Position numbers and translations under genes: made by a program. From positions 199,473 through 263,472 of the forward strand of contig CAVRTI010000002.1 in assembly GCA_963723975.1 (NCBI GenBank): 64,000 bases of DNA, written 5' to 3'. The notes beneath the pieces were generated by a model that worked only from the letters and a program-made list of their open reading frames with translations, was not told the origin of the DNA and did no database searches. Below are positions 1 to 10,511 of this stretch, piece by piece. Positions within the stretch are counted from its first letter, which is position 1, and each line of letters opens with the position of its first letter. Source of the DNA: an uncultured Actinomycetota bacterium (GTDB lineage Bacteria > Actinomycetota > Actinomycetes > JACCUZ01).

Positions 1-351
1 GTACCGCTGCTGCCGTCGATCGCGCGCAACCCGCGGGACGGCGCGTGGAACGCGATGCGCGCCTATCTGCAGGAGCACGACCGCGAGATCGACACGATCG
101 TCACCGACGACCGCGACGCACTGATCCTCGGCATCTACTCCCGGGAGCCGGTCGGCGGCGACCTCGTGGTGAACGCCGACGTCGAGGTGATCGGCCACGA
201 GCTGAAGGCACCACCGGTGGCCTCCGGGGACCCTGGCACCTACCTGGTCTGGACACCGGGTCTGTCGAGGAAGAAGCCCCAGGAGTTCGACGGTTGGCAG
301 CTGTTGCTCAAGGAGCGCGAGCTGCGCCTGTACGGCCCCACCGGCGGCTGA
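1..351 (+). CDS. hypothetical protein, C-terminal part (5' end outside window)
   Basis: Open from the window edge in frame 1 to TGA 349-351. High GC3. ORF-track piece 55..351 is its tail. No family recognised. Confidence 0.4.
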   Translation, partial: VPLLPSIARNPRDGAWNAMRAYLQEHDREIDTIVTDDRDALILGIYSREPVGGDLVVNADVEVIGHELKAPPVASGDPGTYLVWTPGLSRKKPQEFDGWQLLLKERELRLYGPTGG

Positions 352-361
352 GCGGCCCGGT

Positions 362-1741
362 TCAGCGGCCCGCTGGCACGTTCTGGTTGAGCCGGAACAG
401 GTTCGTCGGGTCCAGGCGTCGCTTCAGCGCGACGAGGGACTCCCAGGTCGGTACGCCGTACGCCTCCCTGACCCGATCGGCGCCCTCGTCGGCGTCCAGC
501 TGGTTGACGTACGCACCGCCGCTGGAGACCCGCCGCAGGGCGCCCCACAGGCCCCGCGCCCAGGCGACGTGCGGCGCCGCGTCGTCACCGGGCATCCAGG
601 CACCGACGACCGTGAGCAGCTGGGCTGCGTCGCGGAACGCGAACGCGGTGGCGCCGGGTGCGACGCGGGAGGTCGCGCCGCCCATCTGGCGCAGCAGCAC
701 CTGGTTGAACGGTGAGGTCATCGACCCGACCGCCGCGAGCATCTCGTCGATCGCGCGGTCGTCGAGGTGGTCGAGCCACTCGGACTTCACGTGGTAGGCG
801 CGGCCGTGCGGAGCGCCGTCGTCGAACATCGACTGCAGCACGGTGTACGGCAGCATGCCGACCAGGTCGACCGGGGGTCGCAGCGTGCGCAGCCGTGCTG
901 CCCACGGCTCGCCGTCCTCTGGCGGGCCGACCCAGGCCATGCTGATGGCGACGACCGGTCGCCCCACCAGGTCGGGCGGCACGAACGGCGCCGGCGGGGC
1001 GCAGATGCAGGCGACGGTCAGCGACAGCTCGTCCGGCGCCTCCGCGCACAGCTCGCGGTACAACCGAAGCGCCTCGCGGCCCTGCTCGAGCGGCACCATC
1101 ACGCCGCCTGCCAGCAGCGGAGGCACCGGGTGCAGCGCGAAGCTGAAGCGGGTGACGATCCCGAAGTTCCCGCCACCGCCGCGCAGCCCCCAGAGCAGCT
1201 CGGGCTCGGTGTGCTCCGACACCCTGAGGACCTCGCCCGCCGCCGTCACCAGCTCCGCCTCGACGAGGTTGTCGCAGGCGAGCCCGTGGGCGCGGGAGAG
1301 CCAGCCGACCCCGCCGCCGAGCGTGAGGCCGGCGACGCCGGTGTGCGAGATCTCCCCGCCGGGTGACGCCAGACCGTGGGCCTGCGTCGCACTGTCGTAC
1401 TCCGACAGCAGCACACCGGGCTGCACGTCGGCCCGTCGTGCGACCGGGTCGACGGCGATCGCCTTCATCTCCGACAGGTCGATCATCAGTCCGCCGTCGC
1501 AGACCGAGTGGCCGGGGATGGAGTGCCCGCCGCCGCGCACGGCGACGAGCAGGTCGTGCCGGACGGCGAAGCGCACTGCAGCGACGACGTCCGAGGTCGC
1601 GGTGGCACAGGCGATCATCGCCGGCCGGCGGTCGATCGCCCCGTTCCACACCCGGCGCCTCTCGTCGTACTCCGCGTCGTGGGGGTGCAGGATGCGGCCG
1701 CGGAAGCCGTCCAGGGTCATGGGTTCTGTCGTCGAGGTCAT
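362..1741 (-). CDS. FAD-binding oxidoreductase (FAD_binding_4 / berberine-bridge-like)
   Basis: ORF 362..1888 trimmed to ATG 1741 (MTSTTEP...). Motifs VAVRGGGHS, LTLGGGVGW, GLRGGGGNFGIVT and a BBE-like C-terminus. Confidence 0.85.
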   Translation of the reverse strand: MTSTTEPMTLDGFRGRILHPHDAEYDERRRVWNGAIDRRPAMIACATATSDVVAAVRFAVRHDLLVAVRGGGHSIPGHSVCDGGLMIDLSEMKAIAVDPVARRADVQPGVLLSEYDSATQAHGLASPGGEISHTGVAGLTLGGGVGWLSRAHGLACDNLVEAELVTAAGEVLRVSEHTEPELLWGLRGGGGNFGIVTRFSFALHPVPPLLAGGVMVPLEQGREALRLYRELCAEAPDELSLTVACICAPPAPFVPPDLVGRPVVAISMAWVGPPEDGEPWAARLRTLRPPVDLVGMLPYTVLQSMFDDGAPHGRAYHVKSEWLDHLDDRAIDEMLAAVGSMTSPFNQVLLRQMGGATSRVAPGATAFAFRDAAQLLTVVGAWMPGDDAAPHVAWARGLWGALRRVSSGGAYVNQLDADEGADRVREAYGVPTWESLVALKRRLDPTNLFRLNQNVPAGR

Positions 1742-1901
1742 GCCTGCAACGGTGGCGACCGGGCGGCGAGCCGGCCATCCCAGATCCTTGGGGGATTCAG
1801 GGGCGCCGGGACCCCTGCGGCGGCACACTGACCGGGTGCGACGGTCTGCCGAGACGGTGCGGGAGGAGGTCCGCCGCGCCTGCCGCACCGAGCCGGACCC
1901 G

Positions 1902-2939
1902 ATGGCCGTTCAGCGCACGGCGATCGCGGCACTGCCGGCGGCGGTGCCGTTCGACCGGTGGTGCGGCCTGCTGCTCGACCCGGCCACCCTGCTGGTGACG
2001 AACGGCTACCACGAGGAGGGCCTGCCGCTGCAGGTTCTCCCGCGCCTGCTCGACATCGAGGCGGCCGACGAGGACGTGAACGGGATGGCCGCCCTGGTGC
2101 GCAGCAGCGCCGGTGTGAGCACGCTGGACCGGGCGACGGCGGGCCGGCCCGAGAGCAGCGAGCGCTTCCGCGACGTGCTGGCACCCAGCGGGCTCGGCCG
2201 CGAGATGCGCGCGGTGCTTCGCGACCGCGAGACCGGTTGGGGCGGTGTCATCCTCTTCCGCGAGACCTCGGCGCCGGACTTCACCGACGACGAGATCGCC
2301 TTCGTGCGCTCGATCGCCGAGGACCTGGCCCGCGGGATCCGCCGGTGCCTGCTCCAGTCCGAGCTCGCGCACCGCGACGGCGACTCGGTGCCGGGGATGG
2401 TCGTGGTGGCCGAGGGCGGCCTGGACGTCGAGGTGGTCACGGCCGCGGCTGCGCGCTGGCTGGCGGCGCTGGACAGCGGTCCGGTGACAGCAGAGCTGCC
2501 GTTGCCGCTGGGCGTGGTGGTGGCCCGCGCCCGGGCAGCCGACGACGGGGTGGCGCGCACCAGGCTGCGCGCTCGGGACGGCCGCTGGCTCACCCTGTAC
2601 GCCGAGGCGACCACCCCCGGCCCGGACGCCCGGGTGGCCGTGGTGCTCGAGCCGACCCGCCCGTACGAGCTGGCCGCGGTGCTGGCCGAGGCCTACCGCC
2701 TCACCCCGCGCGAGCGCGAGGTGGCGCAGCACGTGCTGCTCGGGCGGTCGACCGCCGAGATCGCAGCCGCGCTGTTCCTCTCGGCCTGGACGGTGCAGGA
2801 CCACCTGAAGAAGGTGTTCGACAAGGTCGGCGTGCGCAGCCGAGCCGAACTGGCGTCCCGACTGTTCTTCGGCGACTACCTGCCCCGGTCGACCGCCGGC
2901 AAGCCGCTGGGCGCGGACGGCTGGTTCATCGACACGTGA
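1902..2939 (+). CDS. LuxR-family transcriptional regulator with N-terminal sensor-like domain
   Basis: C-terminal LuxR HTH (LTPREREVAQHVLLGRSTAEIAAALFLSAWTVQDHLKKVFDKVGVRSRAEL). The upstream part of ORF 843..2939 is antisense to the FAD oxidase. ATG 1902 chosen; GTG 1836 is possible. Confidence 0.8.
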   Translation: MAVQRTAIAALPAAVPFDRWCGLLLDPATLLVTNGYHEEGLPLQVLPRLLDIEAADEDVNGMAALVRSSAGVSTLDRATAGRPESSERFRDVLAPSGLGREMRAVLRDRETGWGGVILFRETSAPDFTDDEIAFVRSIAEDLARGIRRCLLQSELAHRDGDSVPGMVVVAEGGLDVEVVTAAAARWLAALDSGPVTAELPLPLGVVVARARAADDGVARTRLRARDGRWLTLYAEATTPGPDARVAVVLEPTRPYELAAVLAEAYRLTPREREVAQHVLLGRSTAEIAAALFLSAWTVQDHLKKVFDKVGVRSRAELASRLFFGDYLPRSTAGKPLGADGWFIDT

Positions 2940-2993
2940 GCACGGGTCGGCACGTTCGGTCGCGCCTTGTGCCTCGGCCAGCCACCCAGCCGA

Positions 2994-3236
2994 TCAGTGC
3001 TGGACGATCCGTCGCACGATCACAGCGAACAGCCCGCCGAGGGCTCCTACGACCGCACCAGCGATTGCGGCGGGCACCGCGACCTCGAACACGGCGAACC
3101 ATGCAGTGGCCGGGTGCGCGCGCAAGCCGAGGACGAGGCCCACTAGACCGCCGAGGATGCCCGCCGCCACCGACCCGACGATCGCGGACCGCGGGATGAG
3201 GGGCACGGCCGCCAGCTGAGACCGGGCCGACATCAT
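2994..3236 (-). CDS. small hydrophobic membrane protein (80 aa)
   Basis: Tail of ORF 2994..3443 from ATG 3236 (MMSARSQ...). Two Gly/Ala/Val-rich TM-like segments. High GC3. Confidence 0.5.
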   Translation of the reverse strand: MMSARSQLAAVPLIPRSAIVGSVAAGILGGLVGLVLGLRAHPATAWFAVFEVAVPAAIAGAVVGALGGLFAVIVRRIVQH

Positions 3237-3435
3237 GGCGTCAGTATGGCTCGCCGGCTCAGGCAGTCTTCCGATGTCACATTCCTGATCCCGGCGGTGC
3301 TGTTGAGATATGGACCTGGTTCGGCACTCACGCGCGGCGCCCGCGACTGCACTGGCCGGAGCGGGCGTCGGCGCCGCCGACCTGCGGGACGAGAGGAAGA
3401 AGCGCGTGGGGGTGTCTGGCTCGGCCCGAGGGGAC

Positions 3436-3930
3436 GTGCGCACCGACCTGGACGAGGTCTTCCGCCGCGACTACCAGCGGGTTCTCGGCGTGGCCGCCCG
3501 CGTGCTCGGCTCGAGGGACCAGGCCGAGGACGTCGCCCAGGACGTGTTCCTCTCGTTCGGCCGCTCGACCGTGCCGGCTGAGCAGGCCAGCGGTTGGCTC
3601 TGCGTCGCCGCCGCCCACACCGCGCTGAACCTGCTCCGTTCGGGGCGCCGCCGCGCCTCGCGGGAGGAGACGGCGGCAGCCGCGAACGACGTCGTGGTGT
3701 CCGACGTGGCGGAGGCGGTCGTGACGCTCGAGGAGCGCAGCCGGGTGCGCGCAGCGCTCGCCCGGCTGCCCCGCAAGCAAGCCATGGCCCTCGTGCTGCG
3801 GCACAGCGGCCTCAGCTACGCCGAGGTCGCCGCATCTCTCGACTTGTCCCCCGGTAGCGTCGGCACCAGCGTGCGGCGCGCCGAATCCGCTCTGCGCAAG
3901 GAGCTGAACCGTCATGCGTCATCCCACTGA
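3436..3930 (+). CDS. ECF-type RNA polymerase sigma factor
   Basis: Region-2-like DVAQDVFL and region-4 HTH (LSYAEVAASLDLSPGSVGTSVRRAESALRKEL). GTG 3436 chosen inside ORF 3310..3930; the start is uncertain. Confidence 0.8.
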   Translation: MRTDLDEVFRRDYQRVLGVAARVLGSRDQAEDVAQDVFLSFGRSTVPAEQASGWLCVAAAHTALNLLRSGRRRASREETAAAANDVVVSDVAEAVVTLEERSRVRAALARLPRKQAMALVLRHSGLSYAEVAASLDLSPGSVGTSVRRAESALRKELNRHASSH

Positions 3931-4996
3931 AGGCGCGCTGCGCCGGTTGCTCGACGAGCCCGCCGGGGTGGCCGACTCCGACCGCCGGCATGTCGCTGGC
4001 TGCGTCCAGTGCCTCGACGATCTGACCGCCGTCCGCGAGGACGCCGCCCTCGTCGATGCAGCGTTGACGACCGAGGACGCGCAGGGCGTCGACGTGACCG
4101 CCGCGTGGCGGCGCCTGTCGACAGCAGCGCCCGCGACCGGCCCCGGACGGGCGGCGCGGCCTCGTGCCGGTCGGTCCCGCGCGGCCCTGCACCGACCTGT
4201 CATCGCGGCCCTCGCCGTCGCCGCCGTCCTGGCCGGCGCGGGCACCGCCGCGGCCAACGACTGGCTGCAGATCTTCCGGACCGAGCAGGTCACCCCCGTC
4301 AGCATCACCACCGACGACCTCATCGCACTCCCCGACCTGAGCGCGTACGGCGAGCTCCAGGTGACCGGCGACCCGGACGTGCACGAGGTCCCCGATGCGG
4401 CGGCCGCGGCAGCAGAGACAGGTCTTGACGTGCCGGAGGTCACCACCCTGCCCCGCGGGGTGAACGGCGAGCCGGTGTACCAGGTGGGCGGAAAGGTCAG
4501 CGCCACGTTCACCTTCTCGGCTGAGCGCGCCGCCCAGGCCGCCGCCGAGGCGGGCGAGGCGCTGCCGCCTCCTCCCACCGGGCTGGACGGGAGCTCGGTC
4601 CGGCTGGACGCCGGCCCGGGCCTGGCTCAGGTGTGGTCGTCCTCCGTCGGAGCCCCCGCCCTGGTCGTCGGTCGCGCGGTGGCACCCACGGCGTTCTCCT
4701 CCGGCGTCCCGTTCGAGACGGTGCGCGACTACCTGCTGTCACTGCCCGGGCTGCCCGACGACATCGCCGCGCAGCTACGCACGTTCACCGCGGACGGCGC
4801 GACCCTGCCGCTGCCCGTGCCCGCGGACGAGGTCAACACGTCCTCAGCGCAGGTCGACGGCGAGCCCGCCACGGTGCTGGAGACCCGTGACCGGACGCTG
4901 GCTGCCGTCGTGTGGGTGGACGAGGGGGTGGTCACCCTCGTGGCTGGTTCGTTGGACGTCGACGAGGTGCTCTCGGTCGCCAGGAACCTGCGGTGA
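3914..4996 (+). CDS. anti-sigma factor (zf-HC2 type) with one TM segment and an extracytoplasmic domain
   Basis: Overlaps the sigma gene 3' end. HxxxCxxC motif (HVAGCVQCLDDL). TM segment VIAALAVAAVLAGAGTAAA. Large C-terminal domain. Confidence 0.75.
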   Translation: MRHPTEGALRRLLDEPAGVADSDRRHVAGCVQCLDDLTAVREDAALVDAALTTEDAQGVDVTAAWRRLSTAAPATGPGRAARPRAGRSRAALHRPVIAALAVAAVLAGAGTAAANDWLQIFRTEQVTPVSITTDDLIALPDLSAYGELQVTGDPDVHEVPDAAAAAAETGLDVPEVTTLPRGVNGEPVYQVGGKVSATFTFSAERAAQAAAEAGEALPPPPTGLDGSSVRLDAGPGLAQVWSSSVGAPALVVGRAVAPTAFSSGVPFETVRDYLLSLPGLPDDIAAQLRTFTADGATLPLPVPADEVNTSSAQVDGEPATVLETRDRTLAAVVWVDEGVVTLVAGSLDVDEVLSVARNLR

Positions 4997-6003
4997 GCGT
5001 GGCCGCGAGGCCAACCACCGCGGGGGACGACGCCGCCCGTCGCGCGACGGCCGACCTGGTCGCCGGCCTGCCGTCGGCGCCCGCCGTCTGGTGCTCGGGC
5101 CTGCGCAAGCGGTACGGCCGGCAGCAGGCCGTCGAGGACGTGTCCCTCGAGGTGGACCGCGGCGAGATCGTGGGGCTGCTCGGTCCCAACGGGGCGGGCA
5201 AGACCTCGGTGATCAAGATGCTCCTCGGCCTGGTCCGCCCCGACGGGGGTGAGGTGATGCTCCTGGGGCAACCCGGCGCGGATCCCGGCGCGCGCACCCG
5301 CGTCGGCTACCTGCCGGAGCTCTTCCGGTACCAGCCGTGGCTGAGTGCGGCCGAGGTGCTGGCCCTCCACGTCCGGCTGTCGGGGATCGGCGTGACCGCG
5401 AAGGAGCAGCGCGACTGCCTGGCCCTCGTCGGCCTGGCCGAACGCACCGGCGACCGGCTGGGCGGCTTCTCGAAGGGGATGCAGCAGCGGCTCGGGCTGG
5501 CGGTCGCCCTGGTGGCCGGTCCGGAGCTGGTCGTCCTGGACGAGCCGACCAGCGCGCTGGACCCGCTGGGGCGCGCTGATGTGCGCGACATCGTGCTGGA
5601 ACTGAGGCGGCGGGGGGTCGCGGTGCTGCTGAACTCGCACCTGATCGGCGAGGTCGAGCGGGTCTGCGACCGGGTGGTCATCCTCGACCGGGGACGGGTC
5701 GCCGCGGCGGGCACGCTCGCCGAGCTGCTCGGCCAGCGCGAGCTCCATCTGCAGCTGGGCGACGTCTCCCCCGAGGCGGAGGCGCGACTGGCCGCGACCG
5801 GGAAGGTCCAGCGGGCCGGTGACTGGTTCACCCTGGCGCTGCCGAGCGACGACGACGGAGCCGCCGTGCCCGAGCTGGTGCGGGACCTGGCCGCCCTCGG
5901 GGTCCGGGTGCACGCGGTCGAGCCCGCGCGGATCACCCTGGAGGAGCGACTTCTCGGCATTCTGCGAGAGGGCGCCGCCGGCCGGTCGGGAGATGCCCGA
6001 TGA
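4993..6003 (+). CDS. ABC transporter ATP-binding protein
   Basis: GTGA overlap with the anti-sigma stop. Walker A GPNGAGKTS, signature FSKGMQQRL, Walker B LVVLDEPTSALD. Confidence 0.9.
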   Translation: MSVAARPTTAGDDAARRATADLVAGLPSAPAVWCSGLRKRYGRQQAVEDVSLEVDRGEIVGLLGPNGAGKTSVIKMLLGLVRPDGGEVMLLGQPGADPGARTRVGYLPELFRYQPWLSAAEVLALHVRLSGIGVTAKEQRDCLALVGLAERTGDRLGGFSKGMQQRLGLAVALVAGPELVVLDEPTSALDPLGRADVRDIVLELRRRGVAVLLNSHLIGEVERVCDRVVILDRGRVAAAGTLAELLGQRELHLQLGDVSPEAEARLAATGKVQRAGDWFTLALPSDDDGAAVPELVRDLAALGVRVHAVEPARITLEERLLGILREGAAGRSGDAR

Positions 6004-6861
6004 CGACGGCCCGGACGGTGCTGACCATCGCCGCCCTCACCCTGCGCGAGGCGTCCCGCCGGCGCGTGCTGCTGGCCCTCTCGGCGCTCACCGTCGTCCT
6101 GATCGCGCTCAGCGGCTGGGGCTTCTCACGCGTGGCGGCAGAGTCGGGCGGCAGCGCCCTCACCAGCGGCGAGGCGCGCCTCACGGCCTCCATCCTGCTC
6201 AACCTGGTGATGTTCGGCTTCAGCCTGATCGCGGCGCTGGGCACCGCCTTCCTCGCCGGCCCCACGCTGTCCGGTGAGACGGAGTCGGGGATCGCGCTGG
6301 CCGTGCTGGCCCGGCCGATACGTCGCTCTGCCTTCCTGCTGGGCAAGTGGCTGGGGTTGGTGGTGTTCGGCACCGGCTTCGTCGTCCTCGCCGGGCTCGC
6401 CCAGTGCCTCGTCGTCCGGGCGACGGTGGACTACTGGCCGCCGGAGCCGGCGGCCGCCCTCGCGCTGCTCGCGGCCCAGACGACGGTGCTGCTCACCCTC
6501 GCGCTGCTGCTCTCGACAGCCATCTCGCCGATGGCCTCGGGCGTGGTCGCGGTCGGCCTGTTCTGCACGACCTGGGTGGCCGGGGTGGTGGGCGGTATCG
6601 GTGACTCCCTCGGCAACGACTCCGTCGCGCGCGTGGGCACCGTGTCGCGGATGCTGCTGCCCACCGACGGCCTGTGGCAAGGGGCGATGCACGCGTTCCA
6701 GGACCCGTCGGTGTTCGTCACCTTCGGCGGCGCGGACGTCGAGGCCTTCCCGTTCCTCAGCGCGGCGCCGCTGACGGCTTCCTACCTCGGCGTGGACCGC
6801 GGTGTGGGTGGCGATGGTCTGGGGACTGGCGGCGAAGTCCTTCCTGCGCAAGGACCTGTGA
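6000..6861 (+). pseudogene. ABC-2 type transporter permease, frameshifted near 6789
   Basis: ATGA overlap with the ATPase gene. Several hydrophobic TM stretches. The expected C-terminus ...AWTAVWVAMVWGLAAKSFLRKDL-stop lies in the +1 frame (TGA 6859-6861). One extra nucleotide near 6789 makes frame 0 run on into the next gene. Confidence 0.8.
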
Positions 6862-6956
6862 CCGCCGGTCACGCACTTGCCGAAACCACCCTGCGGGCAG
6901 CCGAATCTGCGGCCATAGACTCTGATCCGTTCTCTACAGAGGAGCCCCGAACCCGC

Positions 6957-9900
6957 ATGCCCCGCGTCAGCGTCGTCGTGCCCATCTACAACGTCGAGCG
7001 ATACCTCCTCGACTGCCTCGAGTCGCTGGCGCAGCAGACGTTGGGCGATCTCGAGGTGGTGATGGTCGACGACGGCTCGACCGACTCCAGCGCCACCATC
7101 GCCGCAGCCTTCGCGGCCAAGGACGACCGCTTCGTCCTGGTGCAGCAACCCAACGGCGGCCTCGGCAACGCACGCAACACCGGCGCGGACCGGGCCACCG
7201 GCGACTACCTGGCCTTCGTGGACAGCGACGACATCGTCACGCGTAACGCGTACGAGCTGCTGGCCGGCTCGCTCGACCGCACCGGGTCCGACTTCGCGAC
7301 CGGGAACTTCCACCGGCTGACCACCGTGGGCACCCGGCAGGCCGGCATGGTCTTCACCGCGTTCAACGCCACCCGCGCGGGCACCCACGTGACGAAGCAT
7401 CCGGCTCTGCTCAACGACCGGACCGCCTGGAACAAGCTGTTCCGCCGCGCGTTCTGGGACGAGCACCAGTTCCGCTGGCCCGAAGGCGTGCTGTACGAGG
7501 ACATCCCGGTGACGCTGCCGGCGCACGTCCTGGCGCGCGCGGTCGACGTGGTGCGCGAGCCGGTCTACCTGTGGCGGGCCCGGGTGGGCGACAGCACGTC
7601 GATCACCCAGCGGCGGACCGAGCCGCGCGCCATCCGGGACCGGTTCGCCGCCGTGGACGGCGTGAGCCGGTTCATGGCCGAACGCGGTGAGCACGACCTG
7701 AAGGCACGCTACGACCGGTCGGTGGCCGAGCAGGACCTCAAGTACTTCCTGCAGCAGCTCGACGAGGCCGACGACGAGTTCCGGGCGCTGTTCCTCGAGC
7801 TGACCAACGACTACTTCGACCGGGCCCGGCCGGACGTCTTCGACGACCTGCCCGCGCTCGGGCGGCTGAAGTGGCACCTGGTGCGCCGCCGGCTGATGCC
7901 CGAGCTGCTCGAGGTGCTGCGGTTCGAGCGGGCCGGCGAGGTCGCCTACACCCCGATCGTGCGCAAGGGACGCAAGATCTACGGCGACTACCCGTTCCGG
8001 GACGACACCGAGCTCGCCATCCCGGCCGAGGTGTACCGGCTCGGCAAGGACGAGCTGCCGCTGCCGGCCCGGATCGAGGACGTCTGGTGGGACGGCGACG
8101 TGCTGCGGCTGTCCGGCTATGCGTACATCGCGTTCCTCGAGCTGCCGACCGAGCGGTCCGGCCGGATCCGGCTCACCCTGGAGGAGTCCGGCCACCCCGA
8201 GAGCGTCATCCCGCTCGAGACCCGCCGGGTCCGGCGGCCCGACGTCACCGAGAACGCCCCCGACGGCGTGACCGACTACGACGGGTCCGGCTGGGAGGCA
8301 TCGGTGCCGATCGCGGCGCTGCGGCACCGCGGCACGTTCCGGACCGGCAACTGGCGGCTCCGCGTCGAGGTGCGCACCAAGGGAGTCACCCGGCGGCGCT
8401 GGCTGTCGGGCACCGAGCCGGGTCGCGGGAAGCGGCCCGGCTGGACGACCGTCGACGGCGCGCGGATCGTCCCCACCACCACAGCGGGAAATTTCGCCGT
8501 CGAGGTGTCCACGACACCGGCCGAGGTGCAGGACGTCCGCCTCGACGGCACCGTCCTCGAGCTGACCGGCACGCTGCACGGTCGCCGGTTCGACCCGGCG
8601 ACCGCCTCGCTGCGGGCCGGCCGCGAGGACGGCACGTCGTCGCTGGAGCTGCCGGTCGCCACCGGCGGGTCGCCGGCAGCCGGGGAGACGCCGTTCGTCA
8701 GCCGGGTCGACGTCACCTGCCTGCTCGGCGGCGGCGAGGTCGACGAGACCCTGGCGCGCAGCCAGGACCTGGGCGACGGCGTCGTCTGGGACCTCTCGCT
8801 GCTCCCCGACGCCACCGGCGCTCGCATCCCCTTGTCGGCGGGCAGCGCGATGCCCGAGCAGCGGCTGACCCTGCAGGGTTCGGAGGTCCTCCTGCAGGTC
8901 ACCCGTACCGGCCGACTGCAGGTCATCGCCCGGCACCCGCGGCCCGAGGTGCACCAGGTGGGGTGGGCCGACGGCGGCTGGCTGGAGCTCACCGGCAGGT
9001 ACGCCGAGTCGACCGGCGCCCCGACCGAGCTGGTCCTCAGCGCGGCCGACCGGGCGGTGTCGCTGGCGGTGCCGATGACCCGCGACGGCGACCGGTTCAC
9101 CGTCCGGGTTCCCGCCACGGCGATGGTGACCCCCGGCGGCCCGATGCCGCTCGGCCAGGGGCAGTGGGACGTCTACTCCCGCCGCGCCGGCGAGCCGGGC
9201 CTCGTGCGGGTCAAGGTCGCCCGCTCGACCCTTCCGTCCCTGCCGCAGCGGCAGGTGGAAGGCTCCCGGGAGCTGATGGTGCTCGACGTCGACCACGACT
9301 GCCTCGCGCTGATGGTGTCCGGTGGCCTGCCGGTCGGCGAACGGAGCCGCGCCGGAGCGCGCCGACTGCGCAGCGAGGCCTACCCGGCGTACCTGCGCCA
9401 GCCGCTGCTGGACCAGGTGCTGGTCGATGCCTACGGTGCCGGCCGGTACGGCGACGACGCACGCGCCGTGCACGACGAGCTGGTCTCACGGGGCACCGGC
9501 CTCGACGTGGTCTGGGCGGTGCAGGACGGCCAGGCCGTGCCGCCGGGCGGCGCCCGCCCGGTGCCGCGGCGCGGCCGCGAGTGGTACGAGGCGCTGGCCA
9601 GGTCGAGGTTCGTGGTCACCAGCGACCTGCTGGGGGTCCCCGACCTGGCCGCCCGGCCCGGCCAGCGGGTACTGCAGACCTGGCACGGCGTCCCGGTCAC
9701 CGCGCTCGGCCTGGACGACGAGCACGCGGGCACCAGGCTCGGCCGCGGGTGGCAGGACCGCCTGCGGCGCGAGGCCGCGCGCTGGGACGTCCTGCTGTCT
9801 GCCGGCGCGCGCAGCACCGAGGTGCTGCAGCGGGCGTTCGGCGTGCAGGGCTCGGTGACCGAGACCGGGCTGCCCCGGCACGACCTGCTGGTCTCGCCGG

Positions 9901-10511
9901 ACCGCGCGGACGAACGGCAGTCCCGGGCGGCTGCCGTCCGCGAGGAGCTCGGCCTGCCGGCCGGCCGCCGGGTCGTGCTCTACGCCCCCACCTACCGGCC
10001 GGAGCAGCAGGTCGCGCCGGACCGCTACCGGCTGGACCTCCTGCTCGACCCGGACCAGCTCGCGAAGGAGCTCGGGGACGACCACGTGCTGCTCATCCGC
10101 CCGCACCCCAAGGTGGTCGACAGCGTGCCTGCCGCCGACGGCCGGGCGGTTGTCGACGCCTCATGGCATGCCGACGGGCGCGACCTGCTGCTCGCCGCCG
10201 ACGTGCTGGTGACCGACTACTCCTCGGTGCTGGTCGACTTCGCCCTCACCGGGCGGCCGATGGTGTTCTTCACCCCCGACCTGGAGCACTACCGCGACCT
10301 GGGTCGGCTGTCTCTCGACCCGGAGGCGCTGCCCGGCGCTGTCGTGACCGACGAGTCCGCGCTGGCCGACGCGGTGCGAGCCGCGGCCGACCAGGCCGCC
10401 AGGTACGCCGCGGCGTACCAGGACCTGGTGAGCAGCCATGTCCCGCGAGCCGACGGCCGGGCCGCCGCTCGCGCGGTCGACGCCCTGCTCGCCGAGGACG
10501 GCGCGCGCTAG
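6957..10511 (+). CDS. bifunctional glycosyltransferase family 2 / CDP-glycerol glycerophosphotransferase (TagF-like), 1184 aa
   Basis: ATG 6957 with GGAG at 6941-6944. GT2 motifs (VVVPIYNVERYL, VDDGSTD, VDSDD). TagF-type C-terminus (QTWHGVP, VLYAPTYR, LLIRPHP, LVTDYSS). About 500 aa of unassigned central region. Confidence 0.9.
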   Translation: MPRVSVVVPIYNVERYLLDCLESLAQQTLGDLEVVMVDDGSTDSSATIAAAFAAKDDRFVLVQQPNGGLGNARNTGADRATGDYLAFVDSDDIVTRNAYELLAGSLDRTGSDFATGNFHRLTTVGTRQAGMVFTAFNATRAGTHVTKHPALLNDRTAWNKLFRRAFWDEHQFRWPEGVLYEDIPVTLPAHVLARAVDVVREPVYLWRARVGDSTSITQRRTEPRAIRDRFAAVDGVSRFMAERGEHDLKARYDRSVAEQDLKYFLQQLDEADDEFRALFLELTNDYFDRARPDVFDDLPALGRLKWHLVRRRLMPELLEVLRFERAGEVAYTPIVRKGRKIYGDYPFRDDTELAIPAEVYRLGKDELPLPARIEDVWWDGDVLRLSGYAYIAFLELPTERSGRIRLTLEESGHPESVIPLETRRVRRPDVTENAPDGVTDYDGSGWEASVPIAALRHRGTFRTGNWRLRVEVRTKGVTRRRWLSGTEPGRGKRPGWTTVDGARIVPTTTAGNFAVEVSTTPAEVQDVRLDGTVLELTGTLHGRRFDPATASLRAGREDGTSSLELPVATGGSPAAGETPFVSRVDVTCLLGGGEVDETLARSQDLGDGVVWDLSLLPDATGARIPLSAGSAMPEQRLTLQGSEVLLQVTRTGRLQVIARHPRPEVHQVGWADGGWLELTGRYAESTGAPTELVLSAADRAVSLAVPMTRDGDRFTVRVPATAMVTPGGPMPLGQGQWDVYSRRAGEPGLVRVKVARSTLPSLPQRQVEGSRELMVLDVDHDCLALMVSGGLPVGERSRAGARRLRSEAYPAYLRQPLLDQVLVDAYGAGRYGDDARAVHDELVSRGTGLDVVWAVQDGQAVPPGGARPVPRRGREWYEALARSRFVVTSDLLGVPDLAARPGQRVLQTWHGVPVTALGLDDEHAGTRLGRGWQDRLRREAARWDVLLSAGARSTEVLQRAFGVQGSVTETGLPRHDLLVSPDRADERQSRAAAVREELGLPAGRRVVLYAPTYRPEQQVAPDRYRLDLLLDPDQLAKELGDDHVLLIRPHPKVVDSVPAADGRAVVDASWHADGRDLLLAADVLVTDYSSVLVDFALTGRPMVFFTPDLEHYRDLGRLSLDPEALPGAVVTDESALADAVRAAADQAARYAAAYQDLVSSHVPRADGRAAARAVDALLAEDGAR

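Noticed and set aside
6000-10511. 1503-aa ORF that looks like a natural fusion of an ABC-2 permease to a GT2/TagF enzyme
   Set aside because: The permease's conserved C-terminus and stop (TGA 6859-6861) are present in the +1 frame. The GT2 part has its own RBS (GGAG) and ATG at 6957. The fusion is created by a single extra nucleotide near 6789.
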